Source of the DNA: a virus
Lineage: Duplodnaviria > Caudoviricetes
Length of the DNA: 64,000 nucleotides
IMG/VR virus record: IMGVR_UViG_2974528084_000001
Span: 13,355 to 77,354 of that record
Reading direction: 5' to 3' (one strand)
Under the pieces are notes generated by a model, which did not search any database, was not told the DNA's origin, and was given only the letters and a program-made list of their open reading frames with translations. Positions 9,901-19,482 of the stretch are shown in pieces. Position 1 is the stretch's first letter. The number at the start of each line of letters is the position of its first letter. Position numbers and translations under genes: made by a program.

Positions 9901-12900
9901 GTGGGCTGGAGCATCACTACTCATTCAGCGTGCGTGGGCTACCGCCAGTGTTGCAGTACATGCAGCCTGGGGCGCAGCCGCAGCGATGGTCACTGCAGTC
10001 GGGCAGGCTATCATGCTCGCCCGCCAGCGCGCCTGGGCGGCGGCATGGCTTGCGATAACTGTCGGGTGGGCCACCGCTAGCCTCCTGCTTCAGAAGACCT
10101 GGGCCGCAGCCTCGATCCTGCTGTCCGGCGCTTACTGGAAGCGCATGTTCGCGATCTTCGCGGCAGGTAACAAGGGTCTGCTTGCAATACTTGCAGCGGG
10201 TGGCAAGGCGATCGTCGCGCTATTCTCTTCGCCCTGGGCTATTGCGATTGCAATTGTCATCGGACTTATCGTCATGTTCCGTGAGCAGATTGCTCAGGCG
10301 TGGAACAACGTCGTCAATTACTTCAGGAACATTCCGAAGGAAACTTCGGCAGCCCTGTCGCCGCTGACAAACATCTTTGTTCGGGCGCGCAACGCTGTTG
10401 TTGGTGCGTTCAACTCCCTGCCTGAGGGTGTCAAGGGTGCACTGCTCAAGGTGGTTGCGATCGTTCGCGCAGCCGCTATGAAGGTGTACGAACTCTTCAG
10501 CTACCTCAACCCGTTCGCGCGTCACTCGCCTTCGCTGGTGGAGAATGTCACGAACGGCATGGCTGTCGTCAACGCTCAGTTTGCCAACGCGTCTCGCAAC
10601 GCACAGAAGCATGTCGGGCAGCTGCACAAGTCGATCAACAAGTTGCAGAGTCTTTCCGCGCCCATGACTGCGCAGAACGACAAGGCGAAGGACGACGAGT
10701 TCCGTCAGACTGCAACCAAGGCGGGCGCGGCCAGTTCACTGCCTGCGTACGACGCACTCAACGCTGATGTCAAGGCAGCGAAGAGTTACATGGACCAGCT
10801 CAACAAGTCCATGGAAGCTCACGAGGCGCAGCTGAAGAACATCAAGGCTGGCGTCGAGGCGTACGACGCCGCTATCGAGCAGATGAACTCTGCTCTCGAG
10901 GTCACCAAGGCTATCCAGTCGGACGTGAACCGCGCCCTGGATGGAGCGAAGGCTCGGTTCGACCGCTACTCCAACGCGCAGATCAAGGGTACGCGCGCTG
11001 CTGAAGATGCCATCTTCGATAACGAGATGGCACAGAAGCGGCTGCAGCTGCAGATCGCGAAGATGGAGGAAGAGGCTGGCACTGTTGACAGTGTCACCGA
11101 CTCGTATTCAAAGCTGCAGGGCGAGATCGAATCGCTGACCGCCAAGCAGACTGAACTTCGCAAGGCTGGCGCAGGGTCGGACGTGCTCGGCACGTACGAC
11201 AAGATGATTGCCGACCTGAAGAGTCAGCAGTCGGGACTGATGACCGGCGGTACCGACAGTCCAGCCGGCAAGATAGCTGCACTCAACACATCGCTTCAGG
11301 CTCTGCAGAAGCAAGCGGACATCATGGACCTCGAGAAGTCCTTGAAGTTCGATTCACTCAATCGGAAGATTGAGCAGTTCAGCAGCAATGTTGAAGAGAT
11401 GCCGTACGGTCAGATCATGTCTGGCATGGACTCTTCGCGCACCTCGATCAATGCATTGCAGTACTCGTATGACCAGCTCGACATGGTCATGGCGGGGCAG
11501 CAGGCTCGCATCGACGCCACCCAGGCCCAGCGCGACGCACTGCAGCAGACCTACGACTCCGAGGCTAAGCGACTCGAGACCGTTCGTGCTAAGTACGAAG
11601 AGGTAGAGCAGGCCGTTCGCAGCGGCGAGGAAGCTCTCGAATCATTCTCGTCGGCATCCGAAGAGGTTGTGCGACGCCAGGAAGAAGCTGCGCGTGCCGC
11701 GGAAGAGGCAAGCAAGAAGCTCAAGAAGAAGAAGGGCGGCGGCGCTGGTAGCGGAGACGAGCTCACCCCTGGCGCTCAGAACTTCATCGACGGCGCGGCG
11801 GGAGACTTCGAGACCTTCGGTGGCACCGACACGATCGGTCGCGAGGGTGCTGGCCTGGATCAGTCTTCACAGATCGACGAGTTCACCAAGGGGCTGACCG
11901 ACGACCTCGAGAAGCAGCTCGGTGGGCTCAACCCGTTCTCGGGATTGAAGAACGCTTGGAACCGAACCGTCAACTGGTTCAAGGGTATGATGCCTGGGTT
12001 CGGCGACATCTTCAAGAACGTCGGCAATGGTATCGGTTCTGCATTCTCGTCCGACAAGAACGAGAACGTCAAGCGCTTTGGTGATACCATATCAAAGGGT
12101 GTCGAGTCTCTTCGTAACATCTGGGGCTGGATTCAGAAGGTCGGCCAGATCATAGGTAAGCTGTTCGGGCCTGATCTGCAGTCTACCATGCAGGGCCTCG
12201 GTGACGGATTCAAGACCGTCATGGACAAGATCAGTGGCCCACTGTCTGAGCTCGGCAAGACTGTTATGCCGTTCTTACAGACTGCGTTCACTCATCTCAT
12301 GCCGGTGATCGCACTGTTCGTTGGTGCACTTGAGGTTGTCTGGGAAGTTATCAACGGGGCTATCGGTCCGGTATTCAGCTGGCTTGGCGACATCATTGGC
12401 GCGGTTATCACCGTAATCACTGGAATAATGAAGGTCTTCATGGGACTCATGAAGGTCATCCAGGGCGTGGTTATGGTTGTGGTGAATATACTCAAGGGTA
12501 TATTCACCTTCATCAAGGGACTGTTCTCCCTCAAGTTTGACTTGTCAGGGTTCGGCGGAATTGGTGAAGCTCTCAAAAAGATCTTCGGCGGGTTCGGAGA
12601 CATGTTCGGCGGCATCGTCGACATCGTCAAGGGAATCTTTGTTGCCATCTGGAGTACGATCAAGAACTCTGTCAAGCTGATCTGGAATGTAGTCTGGGGT
12701 CTCGTCAAGGGTATCATCGACTTCTTTAAGACCTTGTGGGATGTCCTCGTCGGACACTCGATCGTGCCCGATACGATCAACTCGATCATTGACTGGTTCA
12801 AGGAGCTGCCCGGCAAGCTGCCCGGCATGGTGTGGGGTCTCATCACCTCGCTCATTGGCTTCTTCCTGAAGATGCCGATCATGATTGGCCAGGCGCTGCT

Positions 12901-15900
12901 CAAGCTCGGCGGGTTCCTGTTCGGAGCGTTCACGTCTGCAATGGCGTGGCTTCTGCCGAAGCTTCCGGGGTTCATCTGGAATATCGTCAAGTTCTTCGCG
13001 ACCTTGCCGTTCAAGATCATCGGCGCACTCGTTGGGTTCGGCGCGAAGCTCCTCGGCTGGCTCGGTCAGGCCATCGCCTGGCTGGTGCCCCAGCTCCCAG
13101 GCATCGTCTGGGACATCATCACCTTCTTCGCAACGCTCCCGTTCAAGATCATTGGAGCACTGCTCGGGTTCGGCGCAAAGCTGTTCGAGTGGGCTAAGAA
13201 CGCATTCATCTGGCTCGCACAGAACTTGCCTGGTGTGATCGGCAACGTAATCAGCTTCTTCGCTGGCCTGCCAGGGAAGCTGATCGGAGCACTCCTTGGA
13301 CTCGGCTCGAAGCTGTTCGAGTGGGCGAAGAATGGGTTCATCTGGCTAGCTCAGAACCTGCCGAATGCCATCGGCGCAGTGCTTGACTTCGCCAAGGAGT
13401 TCCCCGGTCGAGTCATCCGAGGGTTTGGCAAGTGGGGTTCCTTCATCTGGGAGTGGATGAAGAAGGGCTGGGACTTCCTGGTCAACGAGATGCCAGGTAT
13501 CGTCGCTGGATTCCTGAAGTGGATCGGCGGCATTCCCGGAATGCTGCTCGGCAAGCTGGGTGACGGCGCCAAGGTGCTGTACGACTACGGCAAGGACATG
13601 ATCCAGGGCCTGATGAATGGCACCGCGGGTCTGCTCAAGAAGCTCGGCGACTGGTTCCTCGACAAGATTCCAGGCTGGATCAAGACGCCGTTCAAGAAGG
13701 CGCTCGGCATCGCATCGCCTTCGAAGGTCTTCGCTGGCTACGGCGTGAACATCGGCGAAGGTCTCGTCAAGGGCATTGGTAGCATGGAGGGCCAGGTCGA
13801 GCAAGCCTCGATCGCAATGGCTGCCGCAGCCGACAAGGGCGAAGTCGGAGGCATGGCTATCTCGGCCGTTGCTGACACTTCATCGGTGGGTGGCTCCGTG
13901 TCCGCACTAGGGGACGCCGTTGCAGCATCCGGGCCGGTGGCGGTCGATACGGCGGCGGAACCGACCGCCGACATCCAACCGATGCTCGACGCAGCCGAAG
14001 CAGCGTTCGACGCTTTCGATGCATCTATGCAGACGAAGATGGCAGCCTTCACTGCCGCAGTGACTCTTATGTTCGCTGCAATGGTGACGGGCATTTTGTC
14101 GTCCCTCGATCAGGTTACGATCGGAAGCGGTACCTCGTTTGCCGCAATGCAGGCGACTGTCGTCGGAATCGTGACCGCGATGGTGGCAGCTGTTCAGGCG
14201 CAGCTCGCGCTACTGATCAGCCACGTTACTCAGTTCGGACTTGCATTCACTGCGGCGTGGGCTGAAGCTTGGAACGCATGGAAGTCCGAGACCAGCCTCG
14301 GCGTCGATCACACTCTGTCCGAGTGGGAACGCATGGCGCAGGGTATGCGCGACATCTTCGACGGCGGCATCGCGCCGATCTTTGAAGACATGGCAAAGAT
14401 GTACACCACCCTGGAGGGTGCAACTAAGACGACCGTCGATAACGTCGGTACGACTTGGGCTGACATCGAACCCAAGACAAAGCGCCCCGCCGGTATCGTC
14501 ATTAACGAGGTCTACAACAACGGCCTGCGCGGAGCGTGGAACAAGTTCAACAGCTTCCTTGGTGTCGCAGAACTCCCGGCGTTCACCGTCGCATACGCAA
14601 CAGGTGGTCCCGTCCACGGACCCGGCACCGAGACCTCGGACAGCATTTACGCGAAGCTGTCGCGCGGTGAGCACGTCATTACCGCCGCCGAGGTTCGAGG
14701 CGCGGGCGGACACCAGGCCATCATGGCGCAGCGTCAGGTGTGGGCCGGACGTAAGCGGATGCAGGGTGTGGATCAAAGTATGCCAGCATTCGCTCGCGGC
14801 GGTCCGGTCGACCCGAAGGCTCCGCCGTGGCCCGGTGAGTCGAATCTGAAGCCTGCGGCTATTCTGGCTCGACGCAACATCCACAAGTACTGGCCGATGA
14901 TCGGCGAGATCGGCGGCTACCGCCCGAGTGACCCGTATCCAGACCATCCGTCGGGCCTTGCGCTCGACGTCATGGTCGGAGTCGGCAACCCGGTTGGCGA
15001 CGAGGTCAACGACTGGCTCCACAGGAACATGGTTCCGCTGGCGCTGAACTACACCATCTGGAAGCAGTTCTACAAGCCAGCCGGTGGTGGCGGTAACCTC
15101 ATGGGCGACCGAGGCGACCCGACGCAGAACCACATGGATCACGTGCACGCCTTGTTCAACAACAACGGCGTTCCCGGTATCACGACTGGTGGTATCGGTG
15201 GTTCGAGTGGTGGCGCTCCTATCGACTACAAGAAGATAGTCCAGGAGTCCTTTAAGGCGGACATGGACGAGGTTCGCAAGAACCTCCCGGCTATCCCCGG
15301 CGGCATCGGCCAGTGGCCGAAGATCAGCGCCGATGTAGCCGAGAAGATGGCGCTGAAGAAGCTCCTCCCGCTCGCGGAGAAGATGAGCATCTCCAGCGGG
15401 TCGGCTGCGTCCGCCTGGGCGGGAGCGCCTGACGCCTCCGTTGTGACTAAGGTCAAGGAGGCGATGAAGACTTATGGCTGGGACCAGGGCGCTGAATGGG
15501 AAGCACTCAACCAGCTGATCGGCCACGAGTCTTCGTGGAACCCGAACGCGCAGAACCCGAGTTCTACCGCGTACGGTCTGTTCCAGTTCCTCGATTCTAC
15601 CTGGGCAAGCGTCGGCGGTTCCAAGACCAGCGACCCCTACCAGCAGGCAATCTACGGCGGACGCTACATTAAGAACCGCTACGGCTCGCCGTCTGCAGCG
15701 TGGGCATTCTGGCAGAACCCGCAGCCGAATCCTTATGGTGGCAACTGGTACGACAATGGTGGAGTTCTTCCGCCCGGGCTCACGCTGGCCAACAACCAGA
15801 CTGGCGGACCTGAGGCTATCCTCACGGCGGCTCAGTGGAGCGCGATGTTCGACATCGCCACCAAGCCACCGCTTGACGAGGACACCATCCAGGGCGCGGT

Positions 15901-16954
15901 CGAGGCTGCCAACATCGCGACGGGCAACACTGACGATGCGACCACCGCAGCAATTATGAAGGGCATGGATGTCTGGTCCGCGGCCTGGACGCCAGCGATG
16001 GTAGACTCTACCGATGCAGCTACGGCGGCGTCGGAGAAGGTTGCAGATGCTGCCGACAAGCAGAGCTCCAGCACGGTCCTACTGAGTAAGAGCCTGGGCA
16101 AGTACGATCAGCAGATCGCATCGCTGTCTAAGGTGCTCACGGCGTTCTCGAACAGTGCACAGCAGTCGGTCAAGGTTACGGTCAACGTGACCAATGGCAC
16201 CGCTACGACTGGCAACACCTCAACCGTCGGCACGAACGAGAAGGGTGAGCAGACCATCACGGTCGAGCAGCCCACGTTCGAGCAGTGGGCACCCACCCTG
16301 AACGCACTGGCGGACTTCTTCGACACGCTCCCGTATGCAGAACGGGACTGGCTGGCAGACAACCCGGTCGCAGGCGAAACCGAGCAGCAGCGCAAGATGC
16401 GTCTGGCGCAGAACAACCTGACCAACTTTGCAAAGGGCGGCTACAATGTCCTGCGCGATGTCGGCCCGGTAATGCTGCGTCACACTGCAATCATCGGCAC
16501 CGCAGTCGAACGCCTGGTAAAGGAAGATGGACCGGCCTGGAGTGCAGCGCTGGCAGCTATCGCGTCGAACAACCCAGCGGGTTACGCTGTTGCCGTGATG
16601 CTAGTACTGAAGGAAGTGGCAACCTTGCTACCCTTGATCCTAGCTGCCATCATGGACATTGTGCCCGCGTTGATCCGTGCTATCGTTAGGTTCCTCACCC
16701 AGTTCATGCCGGATTCAGTGTTCGCCTATGCGGACATGGCAGCTGCCGAAGCTGCGGTTACCGAGCAGCAGGCTGGTGGAGCGGTCGCGATGGGCCAGGG
16801 TCAGCGGTACCCGACTGATGCAATGTCAACTACGAGTGGCAACGAAAGTATCACATTGAACATGTACGGAGACTTGGTCATGCCGAACGTCAGCGATGGC
16901 AGTGATGCAAACGACTTCGTCGAGCAGCTCAAGCTGTTGGCGGCGGGCTCATGA
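6995..16954 (+). CDS. Tape measure protein with C-terminal M15-like peptidase and SLT-like transglycosylase domains
   Basis: 3319 aa, TTG start after GGAG. Ala-rich N-terminus, TP901-like core, Trp-periodic repeats, coiled coils. HPSGLALD...HMDHVH and ESSWNPNAQN...AYGLFQF motifs. Confidence 0.95.
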   Translation: MNTTAANILVTAQARQAQAVLARAQAALRGLQSTAQGANAAQATAANAAAKQIDAAEARKASAAAKASLAIEQANLRQIKSEQAASVAAARSAAAISLSQTKAAGAAEASAAKQAAAAAKMSAAMELSAMKQQAAMAQLTLVQMRQLAQMEAASARQIAADNRAAMSAAKSAAQQAAARESLTIATLRAVAREEAASARKIAADARAALQAQVLANAETGNQNRVVTARLRAAAQTASANAAKINSDNGAAIAAEVAANREMRAAREASLADMDRAMKAQAANARKAASDAQAAVNAQANAIKEAAAMSVADTARIKSAAVAAAENARKIASDAAVANTAAMTAGRESVANAQAAASARIGAQQKVVADAQANASRMNAAAVAAAEASKIAAAEARAAAAAEKAAIQITAAKQREIAANSAATASNRSWSASMTASGSRMQWIGRQLSQNFTAPMLLATGIGVKFGLDMEKSMTRLEKVYADQALIREAEAKGINLVKNETEALEKAFIALSNKYGVQADEVANVAAEWAAAGASGKALATQTDLTMKTMVLGEMDAEEATKALIAIQAQWGAVTETNLDQQNKLSLGTSGLANDQLSLTSILRQLNAVENETGTTMNDLVVAFSRASGVARSAGFDTAHLAAAVAALVPAAGSAAEAGNALKTIISRTLTPTREASQIMELMQIQTEKAAWQSMNAGQRLEELAKRFGTLTGAQKAQVAASLGSRYQVNKLEVLFSSIANKAGYYHKALEKLANEADVVKIAEDELNTVLESQPQMLKQAGVIIQNSLMKTMVPLIPVVIQITQWIGKAFDAFANLPTGVRTTLIGLGLFLATVGPIIIFLGIFKLALGQLTPVFLMLARAMLFPITIFGKFGALLLKPIMGLAKLRAALALTARAFALIPAAAVLMTRIVSFALMGMQATVVVGMAGLRASWTAAWVAMVAVQTVSGVAMTTTQKVMFMVMLTAQKVWAGASLLIQRAWATASVAVHAAWGAAAAMVTAVGQAIMLARQRAWAAAWLAITVGWATASLLLQKTWAAASILLSGAYWKRMFAIFAAGNKGLLAILAAGGKAIVALFSSPWAIAIAIVIGLIVMFREQIAQAWNNVVNYFRNIPKETSAALSPLTNIFVRARNAVVGAFNSLPEGVKGALLKVVAIVRAAAMKVYELFSYLNPFARHSPSLVENVTNGMAVVNAQFANASRNAQKHVGQLHKSINKLQSLSAPMTAQNDKAKDDEFRQTATKAGAASSLPAYDALNADVKAAKSYMDQLNKSMEAHEAQLKNIKAGVEAYDAAIEQMNSALEVTKAIQSDVNRALDGAKARFDRYSNAQIKGTRAAEDAIFDNEMAQKRLQLQIAKMEEEAGTVDSVTDSYSKLQGEIESLTAKQTELRKAGAGSDVLGTYDKMIADLKSQQSGLMTGGTDSPAGKIAALNTSLQALQKQADIMDLEKSLKFDSLNRKIEQFSSNVEEMPYGQIMSGMDSSRTSINALQYSYDQLDMVMAGQQARIDATQAQRDALQQTYDSEAKRLETVRAKYEEVEQAVRSGEEALESFSSASEEVVRRQEEAARAAEEASKKLKKKKGGGAGSGDELTPGAQNFIDGAAGDFETFGGTDTIGREGAGLDQSSQIDEFTKGLTDDLEKQLGGLNPFSGLKNAWNRTVNWFKGMMPGFGDIFKNVGNGIGSAFSSDKNENVKRFGDTISKGVESLRNIWGWIQKVGQIIGKLFGPDLQSTMQGLGDGFKTVMDKISGPLSELGKTVMPFLQTAFTHLMPVIALFVGALEVVWEVINGAIGPVFSWLGDIIGAVITVITGIMKVFMGLMKVIQGVVMVVVNILKGIFTFIKGLFSLKFDLSGFGGIGEALKKIFGGFGDMFGGIVDIVKGIFVAIWSTIKNSVKLIWNVVWGLVKGIIDFFKTLWDVLVGHSIVPDTINSIIDWFKELPGKLPGMVWGLITSLIGFFLKMPIMIGQALLKLGGFLFGAFTSAMAWLLPKLPGFIWNIVKFFATLPFKIIGALVGFGAKLLGWLGQAIAWLVPQLPGIVWDIITFFATLPFKIIGALLGFGAKLFEWAKNAFIWLAQNLPGVIGNVISFFAGLPGKLIGALLGLGSKLFEWAKNGFIWLAQNLPNAIGAVLDFAKEFPGRVIRGFGKWGSFIWEWMKKGWDFLVNEMPGIVAGFLKWIGGIPGMLLGKLGDGAKVLYDYGKDMIQGLMNGTAGLLKKLGDWFLDKIPGWIKTPFKKALGIASPSKVFAGYGVNIGEGLVKGIGSMEGQVEQASIAMAAAADKGEVGGMAISAVADTSSVGGSVSALGDAVAASGPVAVDTAAEPTADIQPMLDAAEAAFDAFDASMQTKMAAFTAAVTLMFAAMVTGILSSLDQVTIGSGTSFAAMQATVVGIVTAMVAAVQAQLALLISHVTQFGLAFTAAWAEAWNAWKSETSLGVDHTLSEWERMAQGMRDIFDGGIAPIFEDMAKMYTTLEGATKTTVDNVGTTWADIEPKTKRPAGIVINEVYNNGLRGAWNKFNSFLGVAELPAFTVAYATGGPVHGPGTETSDSIYAKLSRGEHVITAAEVRGAGGHQAIMAQRQVWAGRKRMQGVDQSMPAFARGGPVDPKAPPWPGESNLKPAAILARRNIHKYWPMIGEIGGYRPSDPYPDHPSGLALDVMVGVGNPVGDEVNDWLHRNMVPLALNYTIWKQFYKPAGGGGNLMGDRGDPTQNHMDHVHALFNNNGVPGITTGGIGGSSGGAPIDYKKIVQESFKADMDEVRKNLPAIPGGIGQWPKISADVAEKMALKKLLPLAEKMSISSGSAASAWAGAPDASVVTKVKEAMKTYGWDQGAEWEALNQLIGHESSWNPNAQNPSSTAYGLFQFLDSTWASVGGSKTSDPYQQAIYGGRYIKNRYGSPSAAWAFWQNPQPNPYGGNWYDNGGVLPPGLTLANNQTGGPEAILTAAQWSAMFDIATKPPLDEDTIQGAVEAANIATGNTDDATTAAIMKGMDVWSAAWTPAMVDSTDAATAASEKVADAADKQSSSTVLLSKSLGKYDQQIASLSKVLTAFSNSAQQSVKVTVNVTNGTATTGNTSTVGTNEKGEQTITVEQPTFEQWAPTLNALADFFDTLPYAERDWLADNPVAGETEQQRKMRLAQNNLTNFAKGGYNVLRDVGPVMLRHTAIIGTAVERLVKEDGPAWSAALAAIASNNPAGYAVAVMLVLKEVATLLPLILAAIMDIVPALIRAIVRFLTQFMPDSVFAYADMAAAEAAVTEQQAGGAVAMGQGQRYPTDAMSTTSGNESITLNMYGDLVMPNVSDGSDANDFVEQLKLLAAGS
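12860..13520 (+). repeat. About five 132-bp (44-aa, 4x11) internal tape measure repeats
   Basis: FFATLPFKIIGAL at 12992 and 13124, FFAGLPGKLIGAL at 13256, degenerate copies either side. Confidence 0.8.
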
Positions 16955-19482
16955 GTCGCATCATCCATCGGCCGAACCAGGCTGTAGACTACGGCACGGT
17001 CGAGACGAACGGTTCTGGCAACGTACTCGGCGACAACAACAATGACACTCGGAAGCAGTATTACGAGGACTCGGGCAGCATCCTGCTGTACCCGACCTTC
17101 GATCCGACTGTCATCCCGCCGGGCCGGGAGATCATCGCAGTGCGCGAAGGTCACCGGCACGAGCAGGGTGGGTCGCTGATCGCACTGCACAACGGCTGGG
17201 TCATGGGGTTCCTGCGCATCTCCAACCAGCGGCTGGCCAACTCGCGAGGCTACAAGCAGGACGGGTACAGTACCACAGCTCGTGCCGTCGAGGGTCCGGC
17301 GATCTACAACTCGGCCTTCAAGCCCTGGGCGGCGTCCGACATCAACAAGATGACCACCGATGTCGGCGCAGCCACCGGCGAGTTCGGGCCGAACAAGAAG
17401 AAGCTGTGGTGCATCGCCACCGAGGCGTACATCGTTCTCGTCCTGAACGATGATGTCGCAGTGCCGACGATCAACTACCCAGCGAACAACGCGACCATTG
17501 CGACCAGCTCGGTGGACTTCAAGGGTAACGTCACAGTCACCCAGGAAGAGCAGCCTGTCGCTTGCGTGTTCCAGGTCAGTCGTTCGTCGAGTTTCGATGA
17601 CGACACTGTGGACACCTTCGTTGGCGGCTTGGTGCAGACCGCAGGCCAGACGAGCAACTACGACTCGATCGTAGGCAGGGACTCGTACACAAACCTCGGT
17701 CCCGGCAAGTGGTACATACGAGTCAAGGGCAAGGACTACCGTGGAGTAGAGTCGGCGTGGGGTGCAACGACTTCGTTCACCATCACTCACGCTGCGCTGC
17801 CTGCTCCGCAGATGACCAACCCTGCTGACGACGCTGTTCGCAATACTCCGTACGGCTATCGCGAGGCGAACATTCCGAGCACGCCGCCGGGTGAGCGCTA
17901 CGTTGGCATCGAGTGGCAGTTCTGTCAGGCGTCCGACTTCACCGGCACGATCGTGTCGTGGAAGAACAACAAGGTTGGGCGCTACAACGCAGGCGTCATC
18001 GGATACTTCTCCGACCCTGATCCCGAGGTACAGCCGGGACAGAACGGCGACAAGGTATCGACCGACGACCCGGATCAGTACCTGAAGCAGGGCACTTGGT
18101 ACGCGCGTGCCAGGTGTGTTGACGTGTGGAATCAGTCGGGAGCCTGGTCTACGGTCATCGACTTCACCGTCTCGCACCCTCCGGTTGTGAACGAGCCCTG
18201 GCCCAGCGGTGGCGCAGGCTTCGATGACGACGCGTTCCCTGTGCGGTGGCAGTTCGGCGACGCATGGAAAGGTGATACGCAGAGCGCCTACCGTGTGATC
18301 GTTCGCGACCCCTCGAACACCACAGTCATTCACGACACCGGCAAGGTTGAAAGCCCTTTCAATAACGTGAAGGTGGTCATCCCCGACAACTGGAAAGAGC
18401 AGACGCTCAACCTGTCTATCCAGCTGTGGGATCGAGATGGTGTTGCCAGCCCGGTGTGGACCGGCACCTTCCGTCACTCGACCGCGCCAGTCATCACGCT
18501 GCCGTACCCAGCCGCCGACGAAGTCGTAATCACCGGCCAGCCGAACCTAACCTGGTCGGCGGTCTACGCTCCGGGGCAGTCGCAGAAGTCTTACCACATC
18601 GCGTTCATTCGGCGTGACACTGGTGTTGTCGAGTGGAAGACAACCACTCATCAGCTGTCGACGAACAACTTCTGGAATGCGCCTTCGGTCGTACTCAAGA
18701 ACGTCTCGGCATACCAGCTGGCACTGACGATCACCGATACGCAGGACTTGTACACCACCCTGCTACGGAACTTCAGTACGGACTACGTCCGGCCTCCGAT
18801 GATCTACTGCTCGGCGTACATCAGCAACTACGAAGAGGATGGCTACGTCAACATACTGTGGCCAGCTACTGAGGTTGCTCCGCAGTTCGTTGAGTTCCGT
18901 TTGTACAGGCGAAACGTCGACATCCCCGGCTCGGACTGGGAACAGATCGGAACGGTCACCGACCCCGAGGTGTGGGAGTTCCACGATTGGAGCAGCTCGG
19001 GCCACTACCGCTACCAGTACTCGATCACGCAGGTGGTCATGCTGTATGGCGCGCTCGTCGAATCCCTGCCGGATGAGTACGGTGAGATACTTCAGATTCA
19101 GTCGAGTCATTACTGGTTGATCGCGCCGGATAACGAGTCGCTCAATACCAAACTGTACCACATCACTGACGACAAGTACGTTCGTAAGATCGAGAAGAGT
19201 CGGCACACCATCATCGGTGGTGGCGAGCGATTCAACTTCGGCAAGCCCATCGGCATCGAGGGTACGCTGTCGGGCCAGATCAAGGGTGGCTCGCCGGTGA
19301 CCGTGCGCCAGGCTCGTGAGCGAATCGAGCGTATGCAGCTGGAGATGAAGTACTGCTACCTTCGCGACCCATTCGGCAACTTCACTAAGATTGTGATTGA
19401 CGATGTCTCGGTCGGCCGCATTGCAGGTGTTGGCACCTCAGAGTTCGTTGACATCGAGATTCCTTACATCGAGGTGAAGTGA
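16951..19482 (+). CDS. Minor tail protein with Ig/FN3-like repeats (distal-tail-like)
   Basis: 843 aa, ATGA-coupled to tape measure. Repeated P-x-I-x-x-P / WY-R-V beta-sandwich patterns. Confidence 0.8.
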   Translation: MSRIIHRPNQAVDYGTVETNGSGNVLGDNNNDTRKQYYEDSGSILLYPTFDPTVIPPGREIIAVREGHRHEQGGSLIALHNGWVMGFLRISNQRLANSRGYKQDGYSTTARAVEGPAIYNSAFKPWAASDINKMTTDVGAATGEFGPNKKKLWCIATEAYIVLVLNDDVAVPTINYPANNATIATSSVDFKGNVTVTQEEQPVACVFQVSRSSSFDDDTVDTFVGGLVQTAGQTSNYDSIVGRDSYTNLGPGKWYIRVKGKDYRGVESAWGATTSFTITHAALPAPQMTNPADDAVRNTPYGYREANIPSTPPGERYVGIEWQFCQASDFTGTIVSWKNNKVGRYNAGVIGYFSDPDPEVQPGQNGDKVSTDDPDQYLKQGTWYARARCVDVWNQSGAWSTVIDFTVSHPPVVNEPWPSGGAGFDDDAFPVRWQFGDAWKGDTQSAYRVIVRDPSNTTVIHDTGKVESPFNNVKVVIPDNWKEQTLNLSIQLWDRDGVASPVWTGTFRHSTAPVITLPYPAADEVVITGQPNLTWSAVYAPGQSQKSYHIAFIRRDTGVVEWKTTTHQLSTNNFWNAPSVVLKNVSAYQLALTITDTQDLYTTLLRNFSTDYVRPPMIYCSAYISNYEEDGYVNILWPATEVAPQFVEFRLYRRNVDIPGSDWEQIGTVTDPEVWEFHDWSSSGHYRYQYSITQVVMLYGALVESLPDEYGEILQIQSSHYWLIAPDNESLNTKLYHITDDKYVRKIEKSRHTIIGGGERFNFGKPIGIEGTLSGQIKGGSPVTVRQARERIERMQLEMKYCYLRDPFGNFTKIVIDDVSVGRIAGVGTSEFVDIEIPYIEVK

